From: Mobula hypostoma
Taxonomy: Eukaryota
Assembly (NCBI RefSeq): GCF_963921235.1
Contig: NC_086097.1
Coordinates: 61,692,001 to 61,756,000, forward strand
Length of the DNA stretch: 64,000 bases
Direction: 5' to 3'
A model generated the notes under the pieces. It made no database searches. It was given only the letters and a program-made list of their open reading frames with translations, and was not told where the DNA came from. The translations under genes and the position numbers were made by a program. Below, in pieces: positions 21,971-34,419 of the stretch; the stretch's first letter is position 1, and every line of letters starts with the position of its first letter.

Positions 21971-24900
21971 AAATGGTTGCAGGAGAGCTGTGATTGGCAA
22001 CTAAATGGTTGCAGGAGGGGTGTGATTGGCAACTAAATATTCCTGGATTTTGTTGCTTCAGATGTGATAGAATCAGAGGGGCAAGAGGGGGAGGTTTTGC
22101 ATTCTATGTCAGAGAAAATATAACCAGTGCTCTGGCAGGATAGATTAGTAGACTCGTCTAGGGAGGCTACTTGGGTGGAACTGAGGAATGGGAAAGGTGT
22201 AGTGATGCTTAGAGGGGTGTATTATAGACCACCTAATGGGGAGCAAGACTTGGAGGAGCAAATTTGTAAGGAGATAGCAGATATTTGCAGTAAGCACAAG
22301 GTTGTGATTGTGGCAGATTTTAATTTTCCACACATTGACTGGGAAGCCCATTCTGTAAAAGGGCTAACAACAGGAATTCTGCAGATGCTGGAAATTCAAG
22401 CAACATACATCAAAGTTGCTGGTGAACGCAGCAGGCCAAGCAGCATCTATAGGAAGAGGCGCAGTCGACGTTTCAGGCCGAGACCTTTCGTGGTCTCGGC
22501 CTGAAACGTCGACTGCGCCTCTTCCTATAGATGCTGCTTGGCCTGCTGCGTTCACCAGCAACTTTGATGTATGTTTCTGTAAAAGGGCTAGATGGTTTGG
22601 AGTTTGTAAAATGTGTGCAAAATAGTTTTTTGCAGCAATACATAGAAGTACCAACTAGAGAAGGAGCAGTGCTGGGTCTCCTGTTAGGGAATGAGATAGA
22701 GCAGGTGATGGAGGTATGTGTTGGGGACACTTTGGGTCCAGTGATCACAATACTATTAGTTTCAATATAGTTATGGAGAAGGATAGGACTGGACCCAGGG
22801 TTGAGATTTTTGATTAGAGATAGGATAACTTTGAGGAGATGCGAAAGGATTTAGAAGGAGTGGATTGAGACAATTTGTTTTATGGATAGGATGTAATAGA
22901 GAAATGGAGGTCATTTAAAGGTGAAATTTTGAGGGTACAGGATTTTTATGTTCCTGTTAGGTTGAAAGGAAAGGTTAAAAGTTTGAAAGAGCCATAGTTT
23001 TCAAGAGATATTGGAAACTTGGTTCAGAAAAAGAGAGGGATCTACAATAAATATAGGCAGCTTGGAGTAAATGAGGAGCTCGAGGAATATAAAGAATGTA
23101 AAAAGAATCCTAAGAAAGAAATTAGAAAAGCTAAAAGAAGATATGAGGCTGCTTTGGCAAGTAAGGTGAAAATAAATCCAAAGGGTTTTTACAGTTATAT
23201 TAATAGCAAAAGGATAGTGAGGGATAAAATTGGTCCCTTAGAGAATCAGAGTGGACGGCTATGTGCAGAGCCAAAAGAGATGGGGGAGATTTTGAACAAT
23301 TTCTTTTCTTCGGTATTCACTAAGGAGAAGGATATTGAATTGTGTAAGGTAAAGGAAACAAGAAAGGTAGTTATGGAAAGTATGATGATTAAAGAAGAGG
23401 AAGTACTTGCGCTTTTAAGGAATATAAAAGTGGATAAGTCTCCAGGTCCAGACAGGATATTCCCTTGGACCTTGAGGGAAGTGAGTGTGGAAATAGCAGG
23501 GGCTCTGACAGAAATATTTCAAATGTCATTAGAAACAGGGATGGTGCCGGAGGATTGGCGTATTGCTCATGTTTTTCCATTGTTTAAAAAGGGATCTAAG
23601 AGTAAACCTAGCAATTATTGGCCTGTGAGTTTGACGTCAGTGGTAGGTAAATTGATGGAAAGTATTCTTAGAGATGGTATATATAATTATCTGGATAGAC
23701 AGGGTCTGATTAGGAACAGTCAACACGGATTTGTGCCTGGAAGGTCATGTTTGATAAATCTTATTGAATTTTTTGTTGAGGTTACTAGGAGAGCTGATGA
23801 GCATAAAGCGGTGGATGTGGTCTATATGGACTTCAGTAATGCCTTTGACAAGGTTCCACACGGAAGGTTAGTTAGGAAGGTTCAATTGTTGGGTATTAAT
23901 ATTGCAGTAGTAAAATGGATTCAGCAGTGGCTGGATGGGAGACGCCAGAGAAAAGTGGTGGATAACTGTATGTCGGATTAGAAGGCGGTGTCTAGTGGTG
24001 TGCCTCAGGGATCTGTACTGGGTCCAATGTTGTTTGTCATATATATTAATAATCTGGATGATGGGGTTGTAAATTGGATGAGTAAGTATGCAGATGATAC
24101 TAAGACAGGTGGAGTTGTGGATTATGACGTAGGATTTCAAAGCTTGCAGAGAGATTTAGACCACTTAGAAGAGTGGGCTGAAAGATGGCAGATGGAGTTT
24201 AATGCTGATAAATGTGAGGTGCTACATTTTGGTAGGACTAATCAAAATAGGACATACATGGTAAACGGTAGGGCATTGAAGAATGCAGTAGAACAGAGGG
24301 ATCTAGGAATAATGATGCATAGTTCCCTGAAGGTGGAATCTGATGTGGATAGGGTGGTGAAGAAAGCTTTTAGTATGCTGGCCTTTATAAAGCAGAGCAT
24401 TAAGTATAGGAGTTGGAATGCAATGTTGAAATCGTATAAGGCATTGGTAAAGCCAAATTTGGAGTATTGTGTACAGTTCTGGTCACCAAATTATAGGAAA
24501 GATGTCAATAAAATTGAGAGAGTACAGAGGAGATATACTAAAATGTTGCCTGGATTTCATCTCCTAAGTTACAGAGAAAGGTTGAACAAGTTAGGTCTTT
24601 ATTCTTTGGAGTGTAGAAGGTTGAGATATTTAAAATTATGAGGGGGATAGATAGAGGTGACGAGGATAGGCTTTTTCCATTGAGAGTGGGGGAGATTCAA
24701 ACAAGAGGACATGAGTTGAGAGTTAAAGGGCAAAAGTTTGGGGGGAGCTTCATTACTCAGAGAGTGATAGCTGTGTGGAATGAGCTTCCAGCAGAAGTGG
24801 TTGAGGCAGGTTGGATGTTGTCATTTAAAGTTAAATTGGATAGATATAGGGACAGGAAAGGAATGGAGGATTATGGGCTGAGTGCAGGTCTGTGGGACTA

Positions 24901-24988
24901 GGTGAGAGTAAGAGTTTGGCGCAGGCTAGAAGGGCCAAGATGGCCTGTTTCTGTGCTGTAATTGTTATATGGTTATATATGGTTATAT
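21971..24988 (+). mobile_element. 5'-truncated CR1 LINE (ORF2 APE-RT, decayed)
   Basis: VYYRPPN, ADFNFP, KSPGPD, QHGF, DFSNAFDKVPH, GVPQGSVLGP, YADD, LEYCVQFWSP; 3' tail (ggttatat)n. Confidence 0.95.
22367..22575. mobile_element. Fold-back (hairpin) insertion made of the Penelope terminal repeat
   Basis: Perfect 84-bp inverted repeat (22402-22485 and 22492-22575, loop tttcgt). TSD (t)tctgtaaaagggcta, 15-16 bp, at 22351/2-22366 and 22575/6-22590. Confidence 0.93.
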
Positions 24989-26286
24989 ATCACCATATAC
25001 AACCCTGAGATTCATTTTCTTGCAGGATATTCAATAAATCCAATAGCCACAATGGAATCAATTAAAGAACGCATTATCAGGGCAAACATCCAGTGTGCAA
25101 AAGACAACAAACTGTGCACATACAAAAATAAATAATAATAATAATTAAGCAATAAATATCAAGAAGTTAAGATGAAGAGTCCTTGAAAGAGATTCCATTG
25201 GTTGTGGGAACAATTTCCATATCATTGATGGTGTAAGTGAAGTTGAGTGAAGTTATCCTGTCTGGTTCAGCAACCTGTTAGCTGAGGGGTAATAACTGTT
25301 CTTAAATCTGGCAGTATGGAACCTCTTGTACTTTCTTCCTGATGACAACAGTGAGAAGAAAGCATAACATGGGTAAAAGATGTTCTGCGACTATGGGTCT
25401 TGTTTTCTTGTGGCAATGCTCTGTGGTGGAGAGGGTTTTACCAATGGGCCAAATCCACTACATTTTGTAGGACCTTCTGTTCAAGGCATTGGTGTTTCCA
25501 TGCCAGGCCATGATGCAGCGAGTCAACATACTCTCCACTGCACATCTATAGACACTTGTTGAATTTATAGATGTCATGACGAATCTTCGCAAACTCCCAA
25601 GAAAGTAGAGGCACTGCTATGCTTCCATTGTACTTACACTTAGTGCTGAGCCCCGGACAGGTCCTCTGAAGTGATAACACCAGCAATTTAAAGATGCTGC
25701 CTTTTTCCACCTCTGTTCCTCTGATGTGGACAGGCTCATGCTCCTCTGGTTTCCTCTTCCTGATGTCAATCATCCGATCCTTGGTCTTGCTGACATTGAA
25801 TAAGAGGTTATTGTTGTGTCAGCATCAAACCTACAGACAACGGTGGTGCTGTTGCAGTCAGGTGGACTGACCTCTGCTTTGCTGAGGCCAGATGGCAGAA
25901 CTCAGACACCTCCATTTACCTACTATTGTAAAGGACCCGACTATAAAGCACCAGGCCTTTTGCTCCCATACTACCATTAACCTCATTAACTCTAGAAATC
26001 TCCCATCCACTGTCACCAGCCTCATAGTTCCCATACCCTGCATTGTGTGTTTCCACCTCTCACCCAAGATCCACAAACCCAACTACCCCAGTAGGCCCAT
26101 TGTTTCTGACTGCTCCTGCACCACTGAACTTATGTCTACATACCTCAAATCTATTTTGTCCTGCTTGGTTCAGTCACTTCTGACTTGAGACTACACATTC
26201 TCCGCATCACTTTAATCTTTTTCCGTTCCCTAACTCAGAATACTTCATTTTCCTATGGACATCCAGTTACTGTACACTTCCACCCC

Positions 26287-26380
26287 TGTCCTGCCGAAGG
26301 GTCTCAGCCCAAAACATCGACTATACTTTTTTCCATAGATGCTGCCTGGCCTGCTGAGTTCCTCCAGCATTCTGTGTGTC
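26287..26380 (+). repeat. Penelope terminal-repeat copy with degenerate minimal hammerhead ribozyme
   Basis: gtc-CTGCCGA-agggtctcagccc-AAAACATC-gac resembles the CTGANGA...GAAACGTC core with mutations, followed by the shared tail gatgctgcctggcctgctgagttcctccagca. Confidence 0.75.
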
Positions 26381-26535
26381 ACTACTGTCTTATTTCTATT
26401 TTTGCATTACATATTTTATTTAACCATTTAATACATATAAACTCACAATTTTTCTCTTACTATGTATTGCATTGTAGTGCTGCCACAAAGACGACTAATT
26501 TCACAACACATGCTAGTGATTATTATTCTAATTCT

Positions 26536-27935
26536 GAAGAAGGGAGGAAGATAGAAGTGATGAAATTATCGGCCAGTTATCCTGACTCAATGGTTGAGAA
26601 GATATTGGAGTCCATTATTAAGGATTAGGTTTTGGGGTACCTGAAGGTACATGATAAAAATTTTCTTTCCTTAAGTGCATGTCTTGTCTAACAAATCTGT
26701 CTTTGAGGAAATAATGGGCAAGATAGATAAAGGAGAGTCAATGGATGTTGTTTACTTGGATTTTCAGAAAGTCTTTGATAAGGTACCAAATATGAGGCCG
26801 CTTAAAAAGAGCCCATGGTATTACAAGAAAGATGATGACATGGATAGAAGATTGGCTGACTGTCAGAAGGCAAAGAGTGGGAATAAAGAGGGCCTTTTCT
26901 GGTTGGCTGCCGGTGACCAGTTATGTTCTGCAGGTGTCAGTATAGGAACTGCTTCTTTTCACATTATATGTCAATAATATGGGTGACAGAATTGACGGCA
27001 TTGTGCCCAAGTTTGCAGCCAATATGAAAATAAGTGGAGGAGCAGGTAGTGTTGACGTAATAGGGAGCTTACTGAAGAAATGGGACAGATTGAGTGAATA
27101 GGCAAAAGAGTGACAGACAGCATATAGTGCCGGGAAGTTTATGATCGTGTACTTTGGTAGAAGGAATTAATGTGTAGACTATATTATAAATGGGAAGAAA
27201 ACTCTAACCTCAGAGGTGCAAAGTGATGCTTGTGCAGGATCCTCTAAAGATTAACACAGGTTGATCTTTGATAAGGAAGGCAACCGCAATGTCAGCATCC
27301 TTTTCGAGAGGACAAGTATATAAGAGCAAGGGTGTAATGCTGAGGCTTTATAAAGCATTGGTCAGACCACTCTTGGAGTATTGTAAGCAGTTTTGGGCCC
27401 CTTATTGAAGAAAAGATGTGTTGGCAATAGAAAAAGTCTCGAAGTTTCATGAGAATGATTCCGGGAATGGAAAATGTTAACGTATGAGGAGTATTAAATG
27501 GCTCTGCGCCTGTATTCACTCGAGTTTAGAAGAATGAAGGTGGAGGGTATCTCTTTGAATCTGATTAAATATTGAAAGGCCTAGATAGAGCAGATTTGGC
27601 GAGTATGTTTCCTATAGTGGGTAAGTGTAGTACCAGAAAGTACAGCCTCAGAAAAGAAGGATCTCCATTTAGAACAGAGATGAGGAAGAGCTTCTTTCGC
27701 CAGAGAGCAGCAAACCTGTGGAAATCATTGCTGCAGATGACAGTGGAGTATAAGTCATTGAGTATATTTAAAGTGAAGTTTGATAAGTTCTTGATCAGTC
27801 AGGGCATCAAAGGTTACAGGGAGAAGGCAAGAGACTAGAGTTGAGAGAAATAAATCAGCTATAACAGAATGGCAGAACAGATGCAATGGGACAAATGACC
27901 TAATTGTGCTTCTATGTTTTATGGTTTTATAGTTT
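26536..27935 (+). mobile_element. CR1 LINE (RT and 3' end, decayed)
   Basis: DVVYLDFQKVFDKVP, LYKALVRPLLEYC, FRTEMRKSFFRQR; tail atgttttatggttttat. Confidence 0.9.
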
Positions 27936-29929
27936 TATGTTTCTTACCTATCACCCAATGAGCCTCCATATCAAGCACATCGTTCTCTGTAACTCCCACC
28001 ATCTCCAACAGGATCCTACCACTAAGCACATCTTTCCCTGTACACCCCTCCTCCACTTCCCGTAGGGTTAGCTGTCTAAGTGACTGACTCGTCCACTCAT
28101 CCCTCCCATAGATTCCCCTCCTGGCAAAAGGGACAATTGGCATATATGCAACCCCTCTTCTTTACCACCATTCAAAGATCCAAATGGTCCTTCCAAGTGA
28201 GATGACGCTTCACATGCAAGTCTTTTGGGGTTATCTATTCTATCCAGTGCTCCCGATGCAGCCTCCTCTACATCAGTGAGATCTGATGCAGACTGGAGGA
28301 ACATAGAATAGTACAGCACATTACAAGCCCTTCAGCTTTGAGGAAACTGCTTTGTTGAGCACCTTCACTCTGTCCGCTGCCAAAGGCAAGATCTACAGGT
28401 GGCTACCCATTTCAATTTGACTTCCTATACCCACTCTGATATGACTGTCTATGACCTCCTCTACTGCCATGATGAGGCCAGTCTCAAGTTAGAGGAGCAA
28501 CTCCTGATATTTCATTTGCATAGCTTCCAACCTTATGGCATAAACATTGATTTCTCTAACTTCTGCCAATTTTTCCCCTTATCTCTTTTTCCCCTTCTCT
28601 CTTTTTCCCTTCCTCATTCTAGTCACCTTCTCACACTGTCCTCTCCTGTTGAATACCTTTTCCTTTAGCCCCTTACCTCTTCCACCTGTCCCCTCCCAGT
28701 TTCTTACTTCATTGCCCACACCCCATTCACCCCCCCCACTTTCCCCTCACCTGGTTTCACCTATCAAATGCCAGCTTGTACTCCTTCCCCATTGCACCTA
28801 ATTATTCTTGCTTCCCTTCCTTTCCAGTCCTGACAAAGGGCGTTGGTCGGAAATGTCAACTGTTTATTCCCCCACCATAGATGCTGTTGGACTTACTGAG
28901 TTCCCCAGCACCTTTTTTGTGCTGCTTTGCCCATTAATTGATCTCTGTCTCTAATCTTTGCTTCCATCCTTTTTAGCCAACCTACATTAACTCAGCACTT
29001 AAATAAGATGATAAAAAAGTTCACATTTTCTTTATCAGTTTTGCTGGTAAAATTATATCTATATATATGCCAACTTATCTCTACATTTAGTAATTTATTT
29101 TAGCCCTTTTGTGGTAGGGTTCCCTTCTCATTACTTCCTAATTCTTCTGATCTTGATCTCCATCAGAACTTTACAAGACTGACACCTTAGTACTTTTCTA
29201 ACCATCTACTGGTACAGACAGACTACAGTCTATCCCAACGTAAATCGAAATAACACGGAAAAAATACCAGATTGCCTATATTGTCTGTTCTTCTGATCAT
29301 TAGGAATACTTGTAGATCTGTGCTTAATTATTTGATGCTCGAACATTAAAACATAGCAATTGATAAAAAGTGATAAGGTATTCTGATAGTTACTAAAAAG
29401 TTGTCAATTGTTTTGCAATGTTCTCCCTTTCTAAAAAAAATACACACATGAATATTATATGCACATAGAGGCAACATCATTTTTTTATTTCTTGCTTTTA
29501 AATACTCCAAGAGATCACTAAATTATAACATCTAAAATGGTCACTTACGGGTCACTTATAAATTTGTCAGTTTGCTTTAGCACAAAGCCAGTTGGGAATG
29601 TTCCCTGTGGCTTGAGTAGAATTTATGTTTTCTAAACTTGTATTTCTTTAAACAAGATGCAACCATCACGTATTATTTATACTTGATTTAAGAAAGCATT
29701 ATGATTCCCTTGTTCCTGTTTGTTGTCAACATAATTTCCTGCTATTTTAGGAGACTGTATTAGACCATTAGATTACAATGACACTGCATGACATGAAGCT
29801 GCATTTGAATGTATTATTCATCTCCTGTGCATTTTACAAACTTTTCTTTGAATTTTCTTTGAATTTGTTTAAGCAGAAACAGTATCCTATTAAGAAAATA
29901 AAATGTATCATAACACATGTATGACGTAT

Positions 29930-30420
29930 AGGACCAAATGACCATAAGATTTTGGAGCAGAAGTAGAACACTTGGCTATCGAGTCTGTTCCACCATTTCA
30001 TCATGGTTGATCTAACTTTCCTCTCAACCCCAATCTCTAGCCTTCTCTCTGTATCCCTTTATGCCCTGATGAACCAAATATATATCAACCTCTGCATAAT
30101 GTACATAAAGACTCGGCCTCCAAAGAATTCCACACATTCACCACTCACTGGCTAAAAGAAATTCCTCCTTATCTCCAATTTCAGCTTATCCTTTCTCAGA
30201 TAAGCGACCCAGAACTACACACCATGCTAAAGTGAGGCCTCACTAGTGTTTTGTAAAGACTCAACACCACCTCTTTGCTCTTATATTATTGTCCTCTTGA
30301 AATGAAAGCTAACATTGCACTTGCCTTCCTTACACAGACTCAGCCTGCAAATTAACCTTTAGGGAATCCTGCACAAGGACTCCCTTGCACCTCAGTATTT
30401 TGTAGTTTCTTTCCACTTAG
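29930..30420 (-). mobile_element. CR1 LINE 3' fragment with internal deletions
   Basis: Same 3' UTR as 8665 and 31176 (accataagat...ggagcagaagtag); minus strand encodes KVNLQAESV...AMLAFISRG. Confidence 0.8.
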
Positions 30421-31175
30421 ACTTAAGATTTTATGACATGTTAAAGGTTCCCTTATAATTTTTCTTTGGGCATAGCAACTTCAGACTATAGACTGTGATT
30501 CAAATTTAACTAAATCGTCAAATAATGGATAATTTTTAATCTAGGTAGTTGTTTATAATTAATATCAATTTCATAGAATAAAATCAGAGTTTTAAAGGCA
30601 CAGGTAAAGGATTTTTGAGTCTAGCTGAGCAAGTCAATGTCATACTCACAGGATCAAAGAACAGTTATAGCAAGAAAGGAAATTAGTTAACCAATCCAGT
30701 CTATGACAGAGCAATCCAGTTAGTTCCATTCACTTGCACTTCCCATCTGCCTGCAATTATTCTCTAACCATTCAAGTGGTTGCCAGGCTCCTTTTGAATT
30801 TGATTGAAACTGCTGTCCTGGCTGTGCCTCTGGATACTAAGAATGAGAAAAATAATAATGAAGCCTTTCAGGCCCTCATGCCTGCCCTGGTTGAACTATT
30901 ACTTCAGAAGTATTCTCCAGTATTAGACTCATAACATTGATTCCCTAGCTATCCATAAATCTCCTGATCTCACTCTTGAGTATACCCAGTGACAATGCTT
31001 CTATGTTCACCTTGGCTAGAAAATTCCAAAGACCATTCGCCTTCTCGATGAAAAAAACATCTCCCAACCTGTTATGATGGCTTGAGATTATGCTCTCTGT
31101 AGTGGTCCACACATTGAGCTTGTCTGTTTCTAAATTTCAGGGAGCAGAACATATCTGCATAATCTCTCCTTATAC

Positions 31176-34100
31176 TATAAGACCATAAGATATAGGAGCA
31201 GAAGTAGGCCATTCAGCCCATTGAGTCAGCTCTGCCATTCAATCATGGGCTGATCCAATTCTTCCAGTCATCCCCACTCCCCTACCGTCTTTCTCCCCAT
31301 ACACTTTGATGCCCTGGCTAATCAAGAACGTATCTATCTCTGCCTTAAATGCACCCAATGACTTGGCCTTCACAGCCGCTCGTGGCAACAAATTCTACAG
31401 ATTTACCACCCTCTGACTAAAGAAATTTCTCTGCATCTCTGTTCTAAATCCTGAAGTCGTACCCTCTTGTCCTAAACTCCCCTACCATGGGAAATAACTT
31501 TGCCATATCTAATCTGCTCAGACCTTCTAACATTTGGAATGTTTCTGTGAGATCCCCCCTCATTCTCCTGAACTCCAGGGAATACAGCCCAAGAGCTGCC
31601 AGACATTCCTCATATCATAATCCTTTCATTCCTGGAATCATTTTCTTGAATCTTCTCTGAACCCTCTTCAATGTTAGTATATCCTTTCTAAAATAAGGAG
31701 CCCAGAACTGCACACAATACTCCAAGTGTGGTCTCACGAGTGCCTTATAGAGCCTCAACATCATATCCCTGCTCTTATATTCCATACCTCCAGAAATGAA
31801 TGCCAACATTGCATTCGCCTTCTTCACCACCGACTCAACCTGGAGGTTAACCTTTAGAGTATCCTGCACAGGACTCCCAAGTCTCTTTGCATTTCTGCAT
31901 TTTGAATTCTCTCACCATCTGAATAATAGTCTTCCTGTTTATTTCTTCCACCAAAGTGTATGACCATACACTTTCCAACATTGTATTTAATTTTCTACCT
32001 CTTTGCCCATTCCCTGAAACAATCTAAGTCTCTCTGCAGGCTTTCTGTTTCCTCAACATGACCTGCTCCTCCACCTATCTTTGTATCATCGGCAAATTTA
32101 GCCTCAAATCTATTAATCCCATAGTCCAAATGATATACATTGTAAAAAGCAGTGGTCCCAACACTGACCCCTGTAGAACTCCAGTAGTAACCGACAGCCA
32201 GCCAGAATAGGATCCCTTTATTCCCACTCTCTGTTTTCTGCCGATCAGCCACTGCTCCACCCCTGCTAGTAACTCCCCTGTAATCCCATGGGCTCTTAGC
32301 CTGCTAAGCAGTCTCATGTGCAGCACCTTGTCAAAGGCCTTCTGAAAATCCAAGTATACCATATCTACTGCATCTCCTTTGTCTATCCTGCATGTAATTC
32401 CCTCAAAAAATTGCAGTAGCTTAGTCAGGCAGGATTTTCCTTATAGGAAACCATGCTGGCTTTGGCCTATCTTGTCATGTGCCTCCAGGTATTCCGTAAT
32501 CTCATCCCTAACAACCGATGCCAACAACTTCCCATCCATCAATGTCAGGTTAACAGGTCTATAGTTTCCTTTCTTCTGCCTTCCACCATTCTTAAATAGA
32601 GGAATAACGTTTGCAATTTTCCAGTCATCTGGTACAATGCCAGAATCTGTCAATTCTTGAAAGATCAATTTTAATGCCTCTGCAATCTTTCCAGCTACTT
32701 CCTTCAGGACTCGAGGGTGCATTCCATCAGGTCCAGGAGAGTTATCCACCGTCAGAACATTAAGCTTCCTGAGCACATTCTCAGACGTAATTTTCACTGC
32801 ACATACTTCATTTCCCTGATGCTCGTGAATGGTACTGCAGATGTCTTCCACTGTCACGACTGATGCAAAATACGTATTCAGTTCCTCTGCCGTCTCTGCA
32901 TCGCTCATTACAATATCTCCAGCATCATTTTCTATTGCTCCTATATCTACCCTCAACTCTCTTTACCCTTTATATACTTTAAAAAGCTTTTAGTACCTTC
33001 TTTGATATTAGTCACTAGTTTCCTTTCATAATTCATCTATTCCTTCCTAATGACCTTCTTAGTTTCCTTCTGCAAGTTTTTAAAAGCTTCCCAATCCTCT
33101 ATCTTCCCACTAGCTTTGGCTTCCTTGTATGCCCTCTTTTTTTGCTTTTGACTTCACTTGTCAACGACGGTAGTGTCCTTCTTCCATTTGAAAATTTGGA
33201 ATATGTCTGTCTTGCACTTCCTTCATTTTTTACAGTAACTCCAGCCATTGCTGCTCTGCTGTCCTTCCTGCTAGTGTCCCTTTCCAATCAACCTTGGCCA
33301 GTTCACCTCTCATGCCATTGTAATTTCCTTTATTCCACTGAAATACCGACACATTGGAATTTAGTTTCTCCTTCTCAAATTTCAAAGTGAACTCGATCAT
33401 TTTGTGATCACTGTTCCCTAAGGGTTGCTTAACCTTAAGCTCTCTTATCACCTCCGGATCATTGCAGAACACCTAAAAAGCCATCCCTTAGACATTCTAC
33501 AAATTCTCTCTCTTGAAGTCCAATACTGACCTGGTTTTCCCAATCCACTTTTGTGTTAAAATCCCCAAGGATTACCATGACATTGCCCTTCTGACACACC
33601 TTTTCTATTTCCTGCTGTAATTTGTAATCCACATCCTGGCTGCTGTTTGGGGGCCTGTATACAACTGTCATTAGGGTCCTTTTACCCTTGCCATTTCTTA
33701 ACTCAACCCATAGAGACCCTACACCTTTTGATCCTATGTCATTCCTTTCTTGTGATTTAATATTATTTCTTAAACACGGAGTCACACCACCCCCTCTGCC
33801 TACTAATCTATCTTTCCAATACACCATATATCCGTGGACTTTCAACTCCCAATGGCAGCCATCCTTTAGCCAAGTTTCAGAGATGGCCACAATGTTATAC
33901 TTGCCAATCTGTAGCTGAATTTCAAGATCATCCATTTTATTTCTTCTGCAGCGTGCATTCAAATACAACACTTTCAGTCCAGTATTTGTTGCTTTCTGTT
34001 TTAACTGCACCACACCTCTACTGCCCTTAACTCATCCCACTGGCTAAGCATCCTCTCCTGCCTGTACTTTCTATCATCTCCGTCACACGCCATCTTGGAT

Positions 34101-34400
34101 TTATTTCTGTTTTCCCCTTCCTCAGCCCTATCACCCCGGTTCCCACCCTCCTGCCAAATTAGTTTAAACCCTCCCTAACAGACAGCTCTATTAAACCTGC
34201 CTGCTGAGATATTGGAACCCTTTGGCTTCAGGTGTAACCCGTGGTTGTCCTCTGTCAGGTCACCCTCTCAACAGCATTCAAAACAAGATAACGATTACTG
34301 AGGGGGATGGCCACAGGGGTGCTCTTTACTATCTGAGCTCTTTCCATCCCTTCCCTGACAGCCACCCACTTATCTAACTCCAGCAGCCTCGGGGTGACTA
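31176..34400 (-). mobile_element. Near-complete CR1 ORF2 copy plus ORF1 remnant (decayed)
   Basis: APE GLKVLYLNAR..ISETWL..VYRPP..GDFN (33459..34013), SPGPDGMHP, QHGF, DFQKAFDKV, GVLQGSVLGP, FADD, PHLEYCVQFW; tail (cttatggt/cttatagt). Confidence 0.93.
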
Positions 34401-34419
34401 ACTCCTTGTAGCAAAAGTC

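Larger units (their letters stand above)
21929..25815 (-). mobile_element. Rex1/Babar LINE 3' part split by a CR1 (21929-21970 and 24989-25815)
   Basis: Tail gttcaaagtaaatgtgttatcaaagtgcatatatgcca resumes as caccatatacaaccctgagattc after the CR1. ORF 25546..25773 reads IDIRKRKPEEHEPVHIRGTEVEK..FKLL. Confidence 0.75.
20450..28925 (+). mobile_element. Penelope-like element in 4 colinear pieces (about 20450-20970, 21848-21923, 25820-26285, 27945-28925)
   Basis: Degenerate translations in order: SVLSKGLTF...HDVELFF; IKPTDNGGAV...FHLSPKIHKPNYPSRPIVS...MDIQLLYTS (RT N-part); LTYHP...FTCKSFGVIYSIQCSRCSLLYISE (GIY-YIG-like); VATHFN; then the terminal repeat with a degenerate hammerhead at about 28826. 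Confidence 0.8.

Noticed and set aside
22364..22770. Overlapping ORFs with mirrored peptides on both strands
   Set aside because: Artefact of the 84-bp palindrome; the same applies to 44951-45206.
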